Shown here piece after piece: positions 9,393 through 20,003 of a stretch of 64,000 nt of DNA. Position 1 is the first letter of the stretch. Every line of letters begins with the position of its first letter. The position numbers were made by a program, and so were the translations under genes. The DNA comes from a virus. Its lineage: Duplodnaviria; Caudoviricetes. The stretch lies in IMG/VR virus record IMGVR_UViG_3300044630_004720. One strand, 5' to 3'. A model generated the notes under the pieces. The model saw only the letters and a list, made by a program, of their open reading frames with translations. It did not search any database and had not been told where the DNA came from.

Positions 9393-10140
9393 TGTTTTTT
9401 TCTTTAAGATAATCGTACATCTCATTTACCCACCATTTGACAAATTCAATATTTGGGTGTCTTCCATTATCGTCATTGAATAATTCGTGATTGAACATAA
9501 ATGGCATCATATTAGGATATTTTTTATAGATGTGGTCGTCATCTAATAGTTTTGTTTTGAAGCTATTTCTAACTAACGGACCTTCATCAATATCACCATT
9601 ATAAGATGAAACAATTTGATGTTCGGTATCCAATAAATTACCAATACCCTCAAATATAATGAAATCAATGTTTTTAGATAACAAATAAGATTTCGCTAAT
9701 ATAATTGTTTGAATGGTCCTAAGTGCATTTTCATTATCGTCAAACCATATCTCGTGAAAAAATTCCTGATTCTTATTTAAGAATTCTGCGTGAGATTCCT
9801 CAAGTCCTCCCAATTGATAAAATTCGTCACTAATCGCTGCTCCGTTGATAGTTGTATATCTACCTTTATCCTTTAACCAATATTCTCTTCTACTCCTCTC
9901 ACTTAACTGAATACCGACACAACAATCTGTCATATCGTTAGATTCACAATATTTTATAATCTTGTGTAATATAAAATTATTCGATGAACCACCGGAACCT
10001 CTATTCACGTGTTCACAACCGAGAAGTTGGGATAGTTGGTAACCCCAAGCAGCTTCTTCCCCTTGGTAATGACCTTGGGTGAATGAACAACCTGATGTTA
10101 CTAATTTTTTGTATTTCTTGTTTGGGTTAATTAAGCTCAT
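9385..10140 (-). CDS. SGNH/GDSL-like protein
   Basis: LVTSGCSFT; GGSSN; DNGRHP. Confidence 0.65.
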   Translation of the reverse strand: MSLINPNKKYKKLVTSGCSFTQGHYQGEEAAWGYQLSQLLGCEHVNRGSGGSSNNFILHKIIKYCESNDMTDCCVGIQLSERSRREYWLKDKGRYTTINGAAISDEFYQLGGLEESHAEFLNKNQEFFHEIWFDDNENALRTIQTIILAKSYLLSKNIDFIIFEGIGNLLDTEHQIVSSYNGDIDEGPLVRNSFKTKLLDDDHIYKKYPNMMPFMFNHELFNDDNGRHPNIEFVKWWVNEMYDYLKEKNNV

Positions 10141-10185
10141 AATAAAATATACAAAAAATAGTTCAAAATACAAATATTTATTACT

Positions 10186-10356
10186 ATGAAGATAGTATTA
10201 ACTGAAAACCAACTTAAAAGAATTATCGAAGCAGAAACCGAAGATATGGTAATATGTGACGGTTGTGGTTGGAAATGGAAAAAATCCGAAGGTGGTGATG
10301 ATATGTATAAGTGTCATAAATGTGGACACGATAACGAAAAAGAAAAGGGAGTTTAA
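10186..10356 (+). CDS. 56-aa zinc-ribbon protein with MKIVLTENQL motif, absent from the ORF track
   Basis: Manual translation MKIVLTENQLKRIIEAETEDMVICDGCGWKWKKSEGGDDMYKCHKCGHDNEKEKGV; TATTTAT at 10175. Confidence 0.8.
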   Translation: MKIVLTENQLKRIIEAETEDMVICDGCGWKWKKSEGGDDMYKCHKCGHDNEKEKGV

Positions 10357-10369
10357 ACTCCCTTTTTTT
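10343..10369. terminator. Bidirectional terminator
   Basis: AAAAGGGAGT/ACTCCCTTTT stem between convergent genes. Confidence 0.7.
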
Positions 10370-10392
10370 ATGACCTTGTGATTAGTTTATTA

Positions 10393-11184
10393 TTAGAATT
10401 TTGTTCCGCAATGTGGACAGAACTTATGTGTGTCTTTTTTTCTCCTACTACCACACTCAACGCAGTAAGTAACCAAATCTTCCCTAACTAATGGTTTAGT
10501 TGATTGTGGTTTAATTTTCCACCAATCCGACGCGGATGGGTAAGTATTAAACAATGAATTATCATATGTAAATGATTGTTCAGAGTTAGAACCCTTTTCA
10601 ACTCTACCGGTTTCAACGTGTCTTAATGGACTGTTTGTGTCCTTTTTAAGAATCGTGTTGGACGTACTAAACGTTCCACTTGTTAGTGATACATTGTAAA
10701 AGGTATTCGTTGATGTTGTGGTAAACGTATTTCCGTAATATGGTGTACCTGTTGTGGTTGACCACCCGATGTTCGGGTTGTTAATTGTTAACGTACCACT
10801 ATTTATTGGATATTGTGGTGGAACCGTTTCATTATAAAATTTAACAACCACATCCCCGTTGTTGGTTATTGCTTGTTTAACTTCCTCGTTATTCCCATTT
10901 ACAACGTATGTTTCGAACAAAAACTTCTTTGCCTCATCAAGATACCTTTCGAGGAAAACACGTTCACCAGGACGAAGTATGATACCATTACCAATGGAAT
11001 TACCATTCATCTCGATTTTTGCTAAAACTTTATTTTGTGTTGGATTAAAAAGTTCGATTTCGAACTCATCACCGTTGTTGAGATATACGGTGTCAATGTG
11101 CTGTTTTAATCTTTGTTTACCTTTGGTAATAAAAGATTGTGGTACAGCAAAACCAGTTGTGTTAACTGAAATTCTTCTGTTCAT
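10393..11184 (-). CDS. Hypothetical protein with C-terminal double zinc ribbon
   Basis: CVECG...FCPHCG at the C-terminus; Thr-rich linker. Confidence 0.8.
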   Translation of the reverse strand: MNRRISVNTTGFAVPQSFITKGKQRLKQHIDTVYLNNGDEFEIELFNPTQNKVLAKIEMNGNSIGNGIILRPGERVFLERYLDEAKKFLFETYVVNGNNEEVKQAITNNGDVVVKFYNETVPPQYPINSGTLTINNPNIGWSTTTGTPYYGNTFTTTSTNTFYNVSLTSGTFSTSNTILKKDTNSPLRHVETGRVEKGSNSEQSFTYDNSLFNTYPSASDWWKIKPQSTKPLVREDLVTYCVECGSRRKKDTHKFCPHCGTKF

Positions 11185-11319
11185 TTCCTTATATTTTTTG
11201 TATTTGAACCCGAATTCGTTGGTATCAATTCCAACTCAAATGCCTCAAGGACACTTCGACTTCAACCACAAGGTCTATTATAAGTATAATGAAAATTTAT
11301 AAAATGTAAAGTAAAAACC

Positions 11320-11784
11320 TTATAATGTGTAAACGTCAATCTCCATTTCCATTTCAAACCTACCATCAACAAGATAAAATCTTATATCTAATCTATCACC
11401 AATACTGACAAACCCATCGCCCCTATTTGTGTTTTTTTCTAGTTTACTCCAATCTAACGGAATTTTAACTTCTTTAATTGTGGGTTCATCAGAACCATCT
11501 GGATATAAATGTAATTCAACTTCAATTTCGTCAGGACCCTGTATATCAGTTAATGAAATATATTTAATACCCCAACTTCTATGTTCTTGTTCAATTAAGT
11601 AGGTTAATCTCATCTGATTGTAATCCGTTGTGATATCCTCAAGAGTCATATTTTCATAACGAGGACTTCCACCAATACCTACATTTACATCCACAACTCT
11701 TTCATATCTTTCGTTGTTGATGTTTTCATTTAATGATGATTTAATCATATTCAATTGATTTTCGGTGATAAGCATCTTTTTCAT
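11320..11784 (-). CDS. Hypothetical protein with MKKMLITENQL motif
   Basis: Minus-strand TATTTAT at 11789-11795. Confidence 0.75.
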   Translation of the reverse strand: MKKMLITENQLNMIKSSLNENINNERYERVVDVNVGIGGSPRYENMTLEDITTDYNQMRLTYLIEQEHRSWGIKYISLTDIQGPDEIEVELHLYPDGSDEPTIKEVKIPLDWSKLEKNTNRGDGFVSIGDRLDIRFYLVDGRFEMEMEIDVYTL

Positions 11785-11853
11785 AATCATAAATATTATG
11801 GAAACCCAAAGGTAAGTATTTTTTGTGATATTTATAAAAAAAACAAGGAATTA

Positions 11854-13080
11854 ATGAAGCGAATTGTATTTACCGAGAGTCAAATGAAAATGGTCTTAGA
11901 TGACCTTATAAGTGAACAAATCGGGTTTGAAAAGCAAAGTGATATTAACAATATCATTTCAACAAAAGACCCGAGACATACCAAATATTTTGTAGGTAAA
12001 AAGGTAGGTGATATGGCGAGAAGGGCTGGTTTAGTGTGGGATAATAAAACCAACCAAGTCAAGCCAGACGAAAAAGCTGATAGATATTTCAATCAAACTG
12101 TATCAAAAATGAAATCTATGATGGATGAAACATCCGCACAGATTTTCGACAGTATGTTAACTAAAAACCCAAACTTTTATTATTATGTAGTTTCTGCAAT
12201 GAATAATGGTGTTTTTGGAACACAAACAAAAAATAAGAAAATTGTAGTCGACAACCAAACAACAATTAAACAAGAAATGGTTAGTCCGGGTCAGGAAGGT
12301 AAAGAAATCGAACTTCCAAATGTTGAACAGGGGTATGAGATGTTTACACCTCCAGCTGTGGAACAACCAATGCAATTTCAATTTAATGAGGCGGTAATGA
12401 CACCTCAATTTATCCAATATATTAATGAAACAATTTTTGGTGGTATCGATGAGGCAATCAAAAATATGACTGACGAATTACAAAAAGATGGTAGAACAGC
12501 GGTAGATGTTTATGTAAATAAATTACAAATTAATTCATCTTGTTCTACGATACCGAATGGGACAAGTAAAAAAACATTTCCGGGGAAAGTTCCAACATTT
12601 AAAGAACTATCGGATGCAAGAGCAAAAGTGGTGAGTGATTATTTGATGGATGGGTTAACAAAAAGAAAGGCAAAATTCAACCAAAGTGGTATCGTAATTA
12701 ATAGTGATGGTACGAATGCTGGTAAGATGATAACCATTAAGAGTGGAGACAGAATGATTGAAGTTGATGGAACTGGTACAAGTGGGGAAGCTTATGTTGG
12801 TCAGGATAAACAAGATTTAGTTAAAAATCAAAGAGTTGATATGACATTTGCATTTGCAGTTAGAGGTAGTAACCCACCAAAAACTCAAAAAGTGACAATT
12901 GACCCTGTACCACCAGAATTCGCACCTGTAGAGGTAACCGATTTTATGGTTAGATTTACTGCAACGGGTAGAAATATATTTAAGTTCAGACCTAACCTCA
13001 GAATAAGAATCACATTACCGAGGATATCATTCAGAGGTTTATTTGGAAGGGGGACGAGTATGCCGTGTCCTAAATTCTAA
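11854..13080 (+). CDS. Protein with MKRIVFTESQM motif and an OmpA-C-like domain
   Basis: LSDARAKVVSDYL ... NQRVDM resembles the OmpA-like peptidoglycan-binding signature. Confidence 0.55.
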   Translation: MKRIVFTESQMKMVLDDLISEQIGFEKQSDINNIISTKDPRHTKYFVGKKVGDMARRAGLVWDNKTNQVKPDEKADRYFNQTVSKMKSMMDETSAQIFDSMLTKNPNFYYYVVSAMNNGVFGTQTKNKKIVVDNQTTIKQEMVSPGQEGKEIELPNVEQGYEMFTPPAVEQPMQFQFNEAVMTPQFIQYINETIFGGIDEAIKNMTDELQKDGRTAVDVYVNKLQINSSCSTIPNGTSKKTFPGKVPTFKELSDARAKVVSDYLMDGLTKRKAKFNQSGIVINSDGTNAGKMITIKSGDRMIEVDGTGTSGEAYVGQDKQDLVKNQRVDMTFAFAVRGSNPPKTQKVTIDPVPPEFAPVEVTDFMVRFTATGRNIFKFRPNLRIRITLPRISFRGLFGRGTSMPCPKF

Positions 13081-13607
13081 TTTAAAGCAACAAAACAAAA
13101 ATAATAGAAGGTTTCACTTTTTTCATATGAAAGGTGAAACCTTTTTATTTTATTATCAAGAAGTAAATCGTTATGTGAGTTAGAATTTTTCCATAAAAGA
13201 AAACAGTACATTGCAATATCGTAATTTGTGGATTCACCCATTGACATCTTGTTCATTATATTACTAACCTCATCAATGTTTGAAGAATAATATGGTTTTT
13301 TGTTCGATGGTATATTTCTAACCTTTGCAATGTTTTCACCCGCAAAAGTGAATTTTAATGGTAATGATTTTACCTTTTCTTTAAACCTCTCATCTTCAAG
13401 GTGATTGTAATTTACAATTATATCTCTACTACGCTCATCAGTTAATGGTTTTATAGATTCGTCTATTGAGATTTCACCCAAATTCTTGCTTGTTCGATAC
13501 TGATTAACTATATTCTGAAAATGTAATATAATGGATTTATCATTATATTCGGAGGTTGTGAACCCGAAGATTATCGGTAAAAACAACAAGATTAAAAATT
13601 TTTTCAT
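13077..13607 (-). CDS. Secreted CAP/SCP-domain protein
   Basis: Signal peptide; VNQYR; GENIA; WKNSNSHNDLLL. Confidence 0.75.
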   Translation of the reverse strand: MKKFLILLFLPIIFGFTTSEYNDKSIILHFQNIVNQYRTSKNLGEISIDESIKPLTDERSRDIIVNYNHLEDERFKEKVKSLPLKFTFAGENIAKVRNIPSNKKPYYSSNIDEVSNIMNKMSMGESTNYDIAMYCFLLWKNSNSHNDLLLDNKIKRFHLSYEKSETFYYFCFVALN

Positions 13608-13714
13608 AAACCAAATTTTTACAAAAATCTAGAATATTTCTGAATCTACCAAAATTTTTTATATCTATTGTTTAGATATTTATTAATAAATAAACTTATC
13701 AAACACAAACACTT

Positions 13715-14557
13715 ATGTTACTTAAATTAGGTTCTGAAGGAGAAGACGTAAAGAAATTACAGATAAAATTAGGAGTTGACCCAATAGGAAAATTCGGTCC
13801 AAAAACAGACGCAGCTGTAAAAGCTTGGCAATCAGCAAATGGACTTACAGCCGATGGTGTGGTTGGACCTGCAACTTGGTCTAAAATGATGGGAGAAGGT
13901 ACAACATCATCTCCTGTGGTATTAACCGAACCAGCACCTGCACCTAGTGTAGGGGGGTTGAAGTTAGAAAAACTAAGAGGACACATTCCCGATGCGGTAA
14001 TTGCTCAAATTCCTGATACCGCAAGTAAATTCAATATCAATACACCATTAAGACTCGCTCATTTTTTAGCACAATGTGGACACGAAAGTGGAGGATTTAA
14101 GGTTACATCAGAAAATTTAAATTATTCGGCCAAAGGTCTAATGGGTATATTTAAGAAATATTTCCCAACACAAGCGTTGGCTGAGTCTTACCAAAGACAA
14201 CCACAAAAGATAGCGAATAAAGTTTATGCATCTCGTATGGATAATGGTAGTGAAGCTAGTGGTGATGGTTATAAATTCCGTGGCCGCGGGTACATCCAAT
14301 TAACCGGTAGAGCCAATTATACTGCATTTGGTAAAGCAATCAATGAGGATATTGCAAATAATCCTGATGTGGTTTCTGGAAAATACGCATTATTATCTGC
14401 CGCTTGGTTTTGGTCTAAAAATGGTTTGAACACATTAGCTGATGGTGGAGCAACTGACGCAACTGTAACTTCAATCACAAAAAGAGTAAATGGAGGTACT
14501 ATCGGATTACCTGATAGAATTAAACATTTCAAAGAGTATTATCACTTATTAGCATAA
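13715..14557 (+). CDS. Endolysin: peptidoglycan-binding domain plus GH19 lysozyme/chitinase domain
   Basis: DGVVGPATW PG-binding motif; AHFLAQCGHESG; FRGRGYIQLTG; TKRVNGG. Confidence 0.92.
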   Translation: MLLKLGSEGEDVKKLQIKLGVDPIGKFGPKTDAAVKAWQSANGLTADGVVGPATWSKMMGEGTTSSPVVLTEPAPAPSVGGLKLEKLRGHIPDAVIAQIPDTASKFNINTPLRLAHFLAQCGHESGGFKVTSENLNYSAKGLMGIFKKYFPTQALAESYQRQPQKIANKVYASRMDNGSEASGDGYKFRGRGYIQLTGRANYTAFGKAINEDIANNPDVVSGKYALLSAAWFWSKNGLNTLADGGATDATVTSITKRVNGGTIGLPDRIKHFKEYYHLLA

Positions 14558-14583
14558 AAAAAGGGGGTTTAACCCCCTTTTTT
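14556..14583. terminator. Bidirectional terminator
   Basis: A-run, GGGGGTT/AACCCCC stem, T-run, between convergent genes. Confidence 0.75.
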
Positions 14584-14587
14584 ATTT

Positions 14588-16282
14588 TTATAACTTGATA
14601 CTTTTCCTCACAAGTTCATTACCTTGTTCAGCATCTAGATATCTACCTTTTAAATTTTCTCTATCTTTTGCTAACAAATTTTCTTTAGGTAATTGGAGAT
14701 AAAAATAGTCATCCCCCGCACTATTCACATAAGTTCTTAAAACAAATGGTTGTTTTGTTTCAGGATTAACATATAAACTTGACCTACCTTTAATATACTC
14801 CAAAGATTTTACCCAAGACAGATTAGACAAATCTAATACACCAAATACACCTTTTCTTAATTTATCTTGGAATAACATAATGTTTGGATTATCAATGTCG
14901 ACAAATGAATTGTCATATTGTATCCTCAAGATTGCAGCTTTAACGGCAAAAATACCATCAGGTATTCTAATTTCTTTCATTCTTTGATGTAATGTCTTAG
15001 CATCATTTTTTGAAAGTACGTCTAACATTGCAAATGGTTTTTGAGAATTGTTAGATTTAAATCTGTTTTTATAATCTTCCAAAGATACTCTTCTAACATA
15101 TTCTGTTTGATGTTCTTTTCTTAATAATAAAAACGCTTCGGGGTCGTTAATTAATCTATTACTATCAATCCACTCAAATTGTAATTGTGGTGTTTGATAT
15201 CCGAAATAATTTCTTTGGTCGTTTTTGTTAAAGTTGATATGACTTAATGACTTATCAACCTTTTCTTTATTTGTTTCCCCAAAGAAAACAATCAAATTCT
15301 CTTTTCCTCTTAATCCTGGATAAATTGATACCACATCTTCCCAACTCTTACCTGTTTGGTCACCATTTGGTCTTGGAGTTATTACGTAGGGACCTTCGTA
15401 TGAATAACTCGACGCATTTTTATCAACAGGTTGTAATACCGATATGAAATACCTGTCATCTTGACTTTTATTCTTGTCCATTACAAAATAGTATGACCTT
15501 CTATTTCTATAGTTGTTGTACATACTATCTTCACCTAATCGACAGGCACACCACGGTTGACCACCATACTGACCTACAAGAATATTTTGTAAAAGACCTA
15601 AAACTCTCGCCTCATCTTTGGATTGTGCTCTAAAAACAATTAAACCACCTTCATCAATAATTTTGTTTTGGGATTTATTCCATTTAGATATTGCGGATTG
15701 CATTCTAATATCAGGAGTATCCCCTTCGATTGAAAAATCAAAGTTTTCTCTAGCCTCAGCTTCACTAAATCTGTCAATTAAAAATTCAATAACCTCCCAA
15801 GTATAGTGTTTAATATCTCTTAACTTATTAACGTCTTTAAATGTGTCTACAATTTTTTTACCTGATAAATTACCATAAAAGTCAGGGTATTGGGAATGTT
15901 CAAATCTAAGACTAGCAGCCAGTATTTCAGGTTGATTTCTTCTTTGTTGGTCGGTTGATATTGGTTGTAAACCGGTTTTAACTCGGTTAAAAAATTCAAC
16001 TCCGGCTTCCAACGTACCTTCCTCAATTCCTGGAACTTCCTGTCTCCAAAGATTTTTTTGTAACTCAAACGGAGTTAACTTCTTTTCTTTTTTTGGTTTG
16101 TTTTCAGGTGTTTGACCTTGAGTAGGTTGTGTGTTGTCTTGTTCAGGTTCCGCATCGTCTTGTTCAGGCTCATCGTCCTGTTGTGGATTATCACCTTGAA
16201 GATTATCGTCTTGGGGGTTTTCATCCGCCACGGGGTCGGGTTGTTCCAATAGATACTCTAAAATTATGTCCTTGAATTTCAT
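14588..16282 (-). CDS. Large hypothetical protein with acidic Q/D-rich N-terminal linker
   Basis: 564-aa ORF; TATTTAT upstream; PWC motif. Confidence 0.8.
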   Translation of the reverse strand: MKFKDIILEYLLEQPDPVADENPQDDNLQGDNPQQDDEPEQDDAEPEQDNTQPTQGQTPENKPKKEKKLTPFELQKNLWRQEVPGIEEGTLEAGVEFFNRVKTGLQPISTDQQRRNQPEILAASLRFEHSQYPDFYGNLSGKKIVDTFKDVNKLRDIKHYTWEVIEFLIDRFSEAEARENFDFSIEGDTPDIRMQSAISKWNKSQNKIIDEGGLIVFRAQSKDEARVLGLLQNILVGQYGGQPWCACRLGEDSMYNNYRNRRSYYFVMDKNKSQDDRYFISVLQPVDKNASSYSYEGPYVITPRPNGDQTGKSWEDVVSIYPGLRGKENLIVFFGETNKEKVDKSLSHINFNKNDQRNYFGYQTPQLQFEWIDSNRLINDPEAFLLLRKEHQTEYVRRVSLEDYKNRFKSNNSQKPFAMLDVLSKNDAKTLHQRMKEIRIPDGIFAVKAAILRIQYDNSFVDIDNPNIMLFQDKLRKGVFGVLDLSNLSWVKSLEYIKGRSSLYVNPETKQPFVLRTYVNSAGDDYFYLQLPKENLLAKDRENLKGRYLDAEQGNELVRKSIKL

Positions 16283-16335
16283 AAAATATAAATATCTAAT
16301 AAATATCTTTTTAGGGATATAAAAAAACGGGATTT

Positions 16336-16683
16336 TTATAATCCCGTTTCTATTAGTTCTTCCGTTCTGACGTATTGTTGTTTTAATTGGGATAGTTCCT
16401 CGTTTATATTTGAAACCATCTTTTCAATCAACATAATCCTCATTAGTTGATTTACCTCCTCTTCGGTTAGTTTTCCATTGAATTTACTCAAAAGAGCCAT
16501 CTTCATTAAGTTATCATTTTCAACCTTAGCGGTCTTTACTTTTTTCTTTTCGAAATACTTCTTTGAGTTGATTTTGGTACAATCGACACAATAGATACTA
16601 TGACCATCCTTTGTTAATTTGTTTTTGTAAAACTTGTCTGACGGCAAATCCTGCTTACACTTAGTACATTTCTTTAATTCCAT
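16336..16683 (-). CDS. Zinc-finger protein (CxxC..CxxC)
   Basis: MELKKCTKCK...YCVDC; TATCTTTG promoter at 16701-16708. Confidence 0.75.
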   Translation of the reverse strand: MELKKCTKCKQDLPSDKFYKNKLTKDGHSIYCVDCTKINSKKYFEKKKVKTAKVENDNLMKMALLSKFNGKLTEEEVNQLMRIMLIEKMVSNINEELSQLKQQYVRTEELIETGL

Positions 16684-16758
16684 ATTATTTAAAGTTTCGT
16701 CAAAGATAGTTATTATTATTTGGATATACAAATAAAATACAAATAAAAAAGTATAATA

Positions 16759-17550
16759 GTGATAGATAAAAAAACATTGGTTTGTATTGGGGACAGTTGG
16801 ACTTGGGGTTCAGAAATTGTGGACCCGAAGTATGAGATATATAGAAATACTGATTTTTTACATACTCAATTAGGGGAGTGTCCGTATAGATTGTCAAATA
16901 CTTACCCGGGTATGGTTAGTAAAAATTTAGGGTTCGATAATTTCTATAATCTTGGTGCTGTGGGGGAGAGTAATGACTACATTTTTGATAGGACATACAG
17001 ATGGGTTTATGAGAATTATATTTTAAAAAGTATATCTACATCTAATTTATTTTTTATTGTTGGATTAACGTCACCCGAAAGAGTTGGGTTTGAATATGAG
17101 TGCAATGGAAAAATTAAAAGAATGATGTTAAATCCAAATTGGGACGTATCAAATTTTAAAAATGAAGATTGTTATGAATCGATAAAAGATTTTTATGTTA
17201 CATACATTACACATTTTTCACATAAACTAGAATATGGAAATAGATTTGTTAGGCAACTAATTTACTTAGAGAATTTTTTTAAGGCCAATAAAATCAACTA
17301 TTTATTTTTTAATGCGTTCTATGATGTTTCTTTTTTAATAAATAATACAACCGAACCTGAATTGAAAACTTTATGGAATTCATTAAACCCCAAATTTTTT
17401 TATGGGAAAGATACGTTTGAAACATTTAGTACACATATAAAAAAAATTGATAGTAAAAATTGTATGACCAATGACCATCCATCCGAAATCGGTCATAGAA
17501 TATGGTCTGAGGAATTAACTAGATATATTAAAGAAAACTATACCATATAA
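16759..17550 (+). CDS. SGNH/GDSL-like protein
   Basis: CIGDSWTWG; GESND; NDHPSEIGH. Confidence 0.7.
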   Translation: MIDKKTLVCIGDSWTWGSEIVDPKYEIYRNTDFLHTQLGECPYRLSNTYPGMVSKNLGFDNFYNLGAVGESNDYIFDRTYRWVYENYILKSISTSNLFFIVGLTSPERVGFEYECNGKIKRMMLNPNWDVSNFKNEDCYESIKDFYVTYITHFSHKLEYGNRFVRQLIYLENFFKANKINYLFFNAFYDVSFLINNTTEPELKTLWNSLNPKFFYGKDTFETFSTHIKKIDSKNCMTNDHPSEIGHRIWSEELTRYIKENYTI

Positions 17551-18116
17551 TGGAAAAAGAAATTGGTAAAATTGGTTACTATACCATATATGAGGTTAAA
17601 CTTGGTATGAAGGTAAAATATAAAGTGGATAGTGGTAAGCTTCTATATGTTGCTAAATTTAAAAAATACATTGCGAACCCATATAGAGATGTAAAGGAAT
17701 TTACGACCATTGACAAAGCAAAAAAATACGCTCAAACTAAATTAAAAAAAGGATTAGCGACCAAACAAAAAAAGATTGATTCACTACCGAAATCTCTTTA
17801 TTTGATTTTAATGAAAGAAGAGAGTAGTGGTGTGTTATTTGTTAAGGTTGGTATCACCTCTAAGAAGTTTATAATGAGAAGATTCAGTAAAGCTCACGGA
17901 TATGAGGGATACACTATTGATACAATATTGAGACGTATTGACACCCCATATGCAGAAAAATTAGAGGAGGAGATAAAAGAAAAGATTAAAAAGAAAAGGT
18001 CTATAAAAAAATATAGACCTCTTTTAGAATCCTTTTCAGGTTATTCTGAATGTTTTGATTATTTGTATTTAAATGAAATTATAAAAATATTTGACGATTC
18101 CGTTAAAAAATATTAA
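17550..18116 (+). CDS. Protein with GIY-YIG-superfamily-like C-terminal domain
   Basis: LYLILM...FVKVGIT...RRF pattern; SGYSECF. Confidence 0.5.
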   Translation: MEKEIGKIGYYTIYEVKLGMKVKYKVDSGKLLYVAKFKKYIANPYRDVKEFTTIDKAKKYAQTKLKKGLATKQKKIDSLPKSLYLILMKEESSGVLFVKVGITSKKFIMRRFSKAHGYEGYTIDTILRRIDTPYAEKLEEEIKEKIKKKRSIKKYRPLLESFSGYSECFDYLYLNEIIKIFDDSVKKY

Positions 18117-18424
18117 GATAGTTTTCTTACTCTCGTATTGGCTTTCTTGTGAAGGTCATCATTTTCCTTTGTTAAAAACTCAACTTTAACGGATAATGCA
18201 GCAACTTCTTTGGTTAACGCTAACACCATCTGACGTAAATCGTCTTTTTCTTTCGATGAGGATTCCAATAACGCTTCTAATTTAGAGATACGGTCTTTAC
18301 AGTCGTGTCTGATGAAGTCATCATCTCTTTCTTTATGCATCGCTCTTTTTTCGTAAAACCTAAAAGCGGCTGCAGAGCCTAAAACTGAAACTACTGCGAT
18401 TAATACTGAGTATACGTTTTCCAT
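18113..18424 (-). CDS. N-terminal TM plus coiled-coil protein (holin-like)
   Basis: Single hydrophobic helix followed by heptads; TATTTAT upstream. Confidence 0.55.
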   Translation of the reverse strand: MENVYSVLIAVVSVLGSAAAFRFYEKRAMHKERDDDFIRHDCKDRISKLEALLESSSKEKDDLRQMVLALTKEVAALSVKVEFLTKENDDLHKKANTRVRKLS

Positions 18425-18647
18425 TACATAATAAATACTACGTAATACAAATAAAATTTTGAACTTTTTTTAACGTGGAATATCGAATAACGTAATTATT
18501 TTTAACACTGACAAATAGTCACCTAATAATGATGTTTTTTTGGTTTTTGAATCTTATTTATTTGTGTTGTCGGGGGACAAAATAAATCAAAAAAAAACAA
18601 TTATATGGGAGATTTCACAAACTCCCTTTTTTTATGTATATTATGGT

Positions 18648-19202
18648 ATGGACAGTAAGATAATTAACCTGTTTGGTGGACCTGGGATAGGAAAATCAAC
18701 TCAAGCATCCGGTTTGTTTACCGAGATGAAAAAACATCATATGAGTGTGGAATATACTTACGAATTTCCAAAAGAAGTTGCGTGGGAGGGTAACGTATCC
18801 CAATTGAAGGACCAGTTTTTTATTACTGCAAACCAACATAGAAATATTAGTAGATTATATGGTAAGGTCGAATATATTATTGTAGACTCACCAATCATAT
18901 TAGGTTGTTTTTATGAACAAAGATATGGGGGTGGGTATCCCGCATCTATTTATGGAACGTCCGGGTTAAGTAAGTTCTTGTGGAACTTATTTAAACAGTA
19001 TGAAAACATAAACATATTATTAACGAGAAATAATGAAACTTACGACCCAAATGGGAGATTACAAGATTTACAAGAGGCTATCGAAATCGATAATGATATT
19101 AGAGAAACATTATTGGTTAACTCTATACCTTTCGCTGAATTTAATGTTGGTATTAATACTACTGTGGACATATTTAACTATATAACACAGAAAACAATAT
19201 GA
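18648..19202 (+). CDS. P-loop NTPase/kinase (AAA_28/NadR-like)
   Basis: INLFGGPGIGKST Walker A; IIVDSP. Confidence 0.75.
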   Translation: MDSKIINLFGGPGIGKSTQASGLFTEMKKHHMSVEYTYEFPKEVAWEGNVSQLKDQFFITANQHRNISRLYGKVEYIIVDSPIILGCFYEQRYGGGYPASIYGTSGLSKFLWNLFKQYENINILLTRNNETYDPNGRLQDLQEAIEIDNDIRETLLVNSIPFAEFNVGINTTVDIFNYITQKTI

Positions 19203-19804
19203 AAAAAATTTTAGTACTATTAGCGGGATTATTTATCACGGCAACCTCTTTTTCACAAGACACTATAAGAGTTAAAAATAACGTATTTGAGGTTCTTTAT
19301 TCCCAAGATTTAGAACAACCCTTGTGGTTGAAGTATCGGTCAATTAACCGACCAACAAACGTCAATAGAGGAACAATGGACTTCTACACGGAGAAAGGAA
19401 TAAAAACATCTGACGCATCCGACTATAAGGCTAACATTTATGACAAAGGTCACGGAGCACCGGCCGCAACGTTTTCCGATAATATGGAAAACTTAAAACA
19501 AACATTTTCTTATCTAAATTGTATTTTACAAGACCAGTACCTTAATAGAGGGGAATGGAGACTGTTAGAAGAACAAGAAAGGGTTTGGGACGATAAAGAG
19601 AATTTAACTGTACTAATCACTCTACATTTTGATAAACCAGTTAAGAGAATCCCTACTAACACCGCAATACCGTCATATTTAGAAAAACACATTTATTTTG
19701 AAAAAAGTAACAATTGGAGATGTTTTGTATTCTTAAATGAAAAACCAAAATTCAAATGGAGTCAGTTGGAAAAAATCTGTGAGCCGTTTGAACATAAAAA
19801 GTAA
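19199..19804 (+). CDS. Secreted DNA/RNA non-specific endonuclease (NucA/EndA family)
   Basis: Signal peptide; YDKGHGAPAA active site; NRGEWRLLE. Confidence 0.85.
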   Translation: MKKILVLLAGLFITATSFSQDTIRVKNNVFEVLYSQDLEQPLWLKYRSINRPTNVNRGTMDFYTEKGIKTSDASDYKANIYDKGHGAPAATFSDNMENLKQTFSYLNCILQDQYLNRGEWRLLEEQERVWDDKENLTVLITLHFDKPVKRIPTNTAIPSYLEKHIYFEKSNNWRCFVFLNEKPKFKWSQLEKICEPFEHKK

Positions 19805-19805
19805 T

Positions 19806-20003
19806 ATGTCAATATTAAATAAGGAATTAATCAATTATCAGGATAAACTTTATTGGGTTTATAGGAGGATAAAAGCAACATCAATAAAAGAAGGACACAC
19901 TAATGACGTTAAAGAGCATTGGATGTGTGATTTAGTAATAAAGAATAGAAACGACGATAACCTACTCTTTTTAAAGGAAATACCCGAAGTTAGGGTTTCT
20001 TAA
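19806..20003 (+). CDS. Hypothetical protein
   Basis: ORF from ATG 19806. Confidence 0.6.
   Translation: MSILNKELINYQDKLYWVYRRIKATSIKEGHTNDVKEHWMCDLVIKNRNDDNLLFLKEIPEVRVS

Noticed and set aside
17550-18116. GIY-YIG-like ORF as a homing endonuclease mobile element
   Set aside because: The motif match is weak, and no intron or insertion boundaries are visible.
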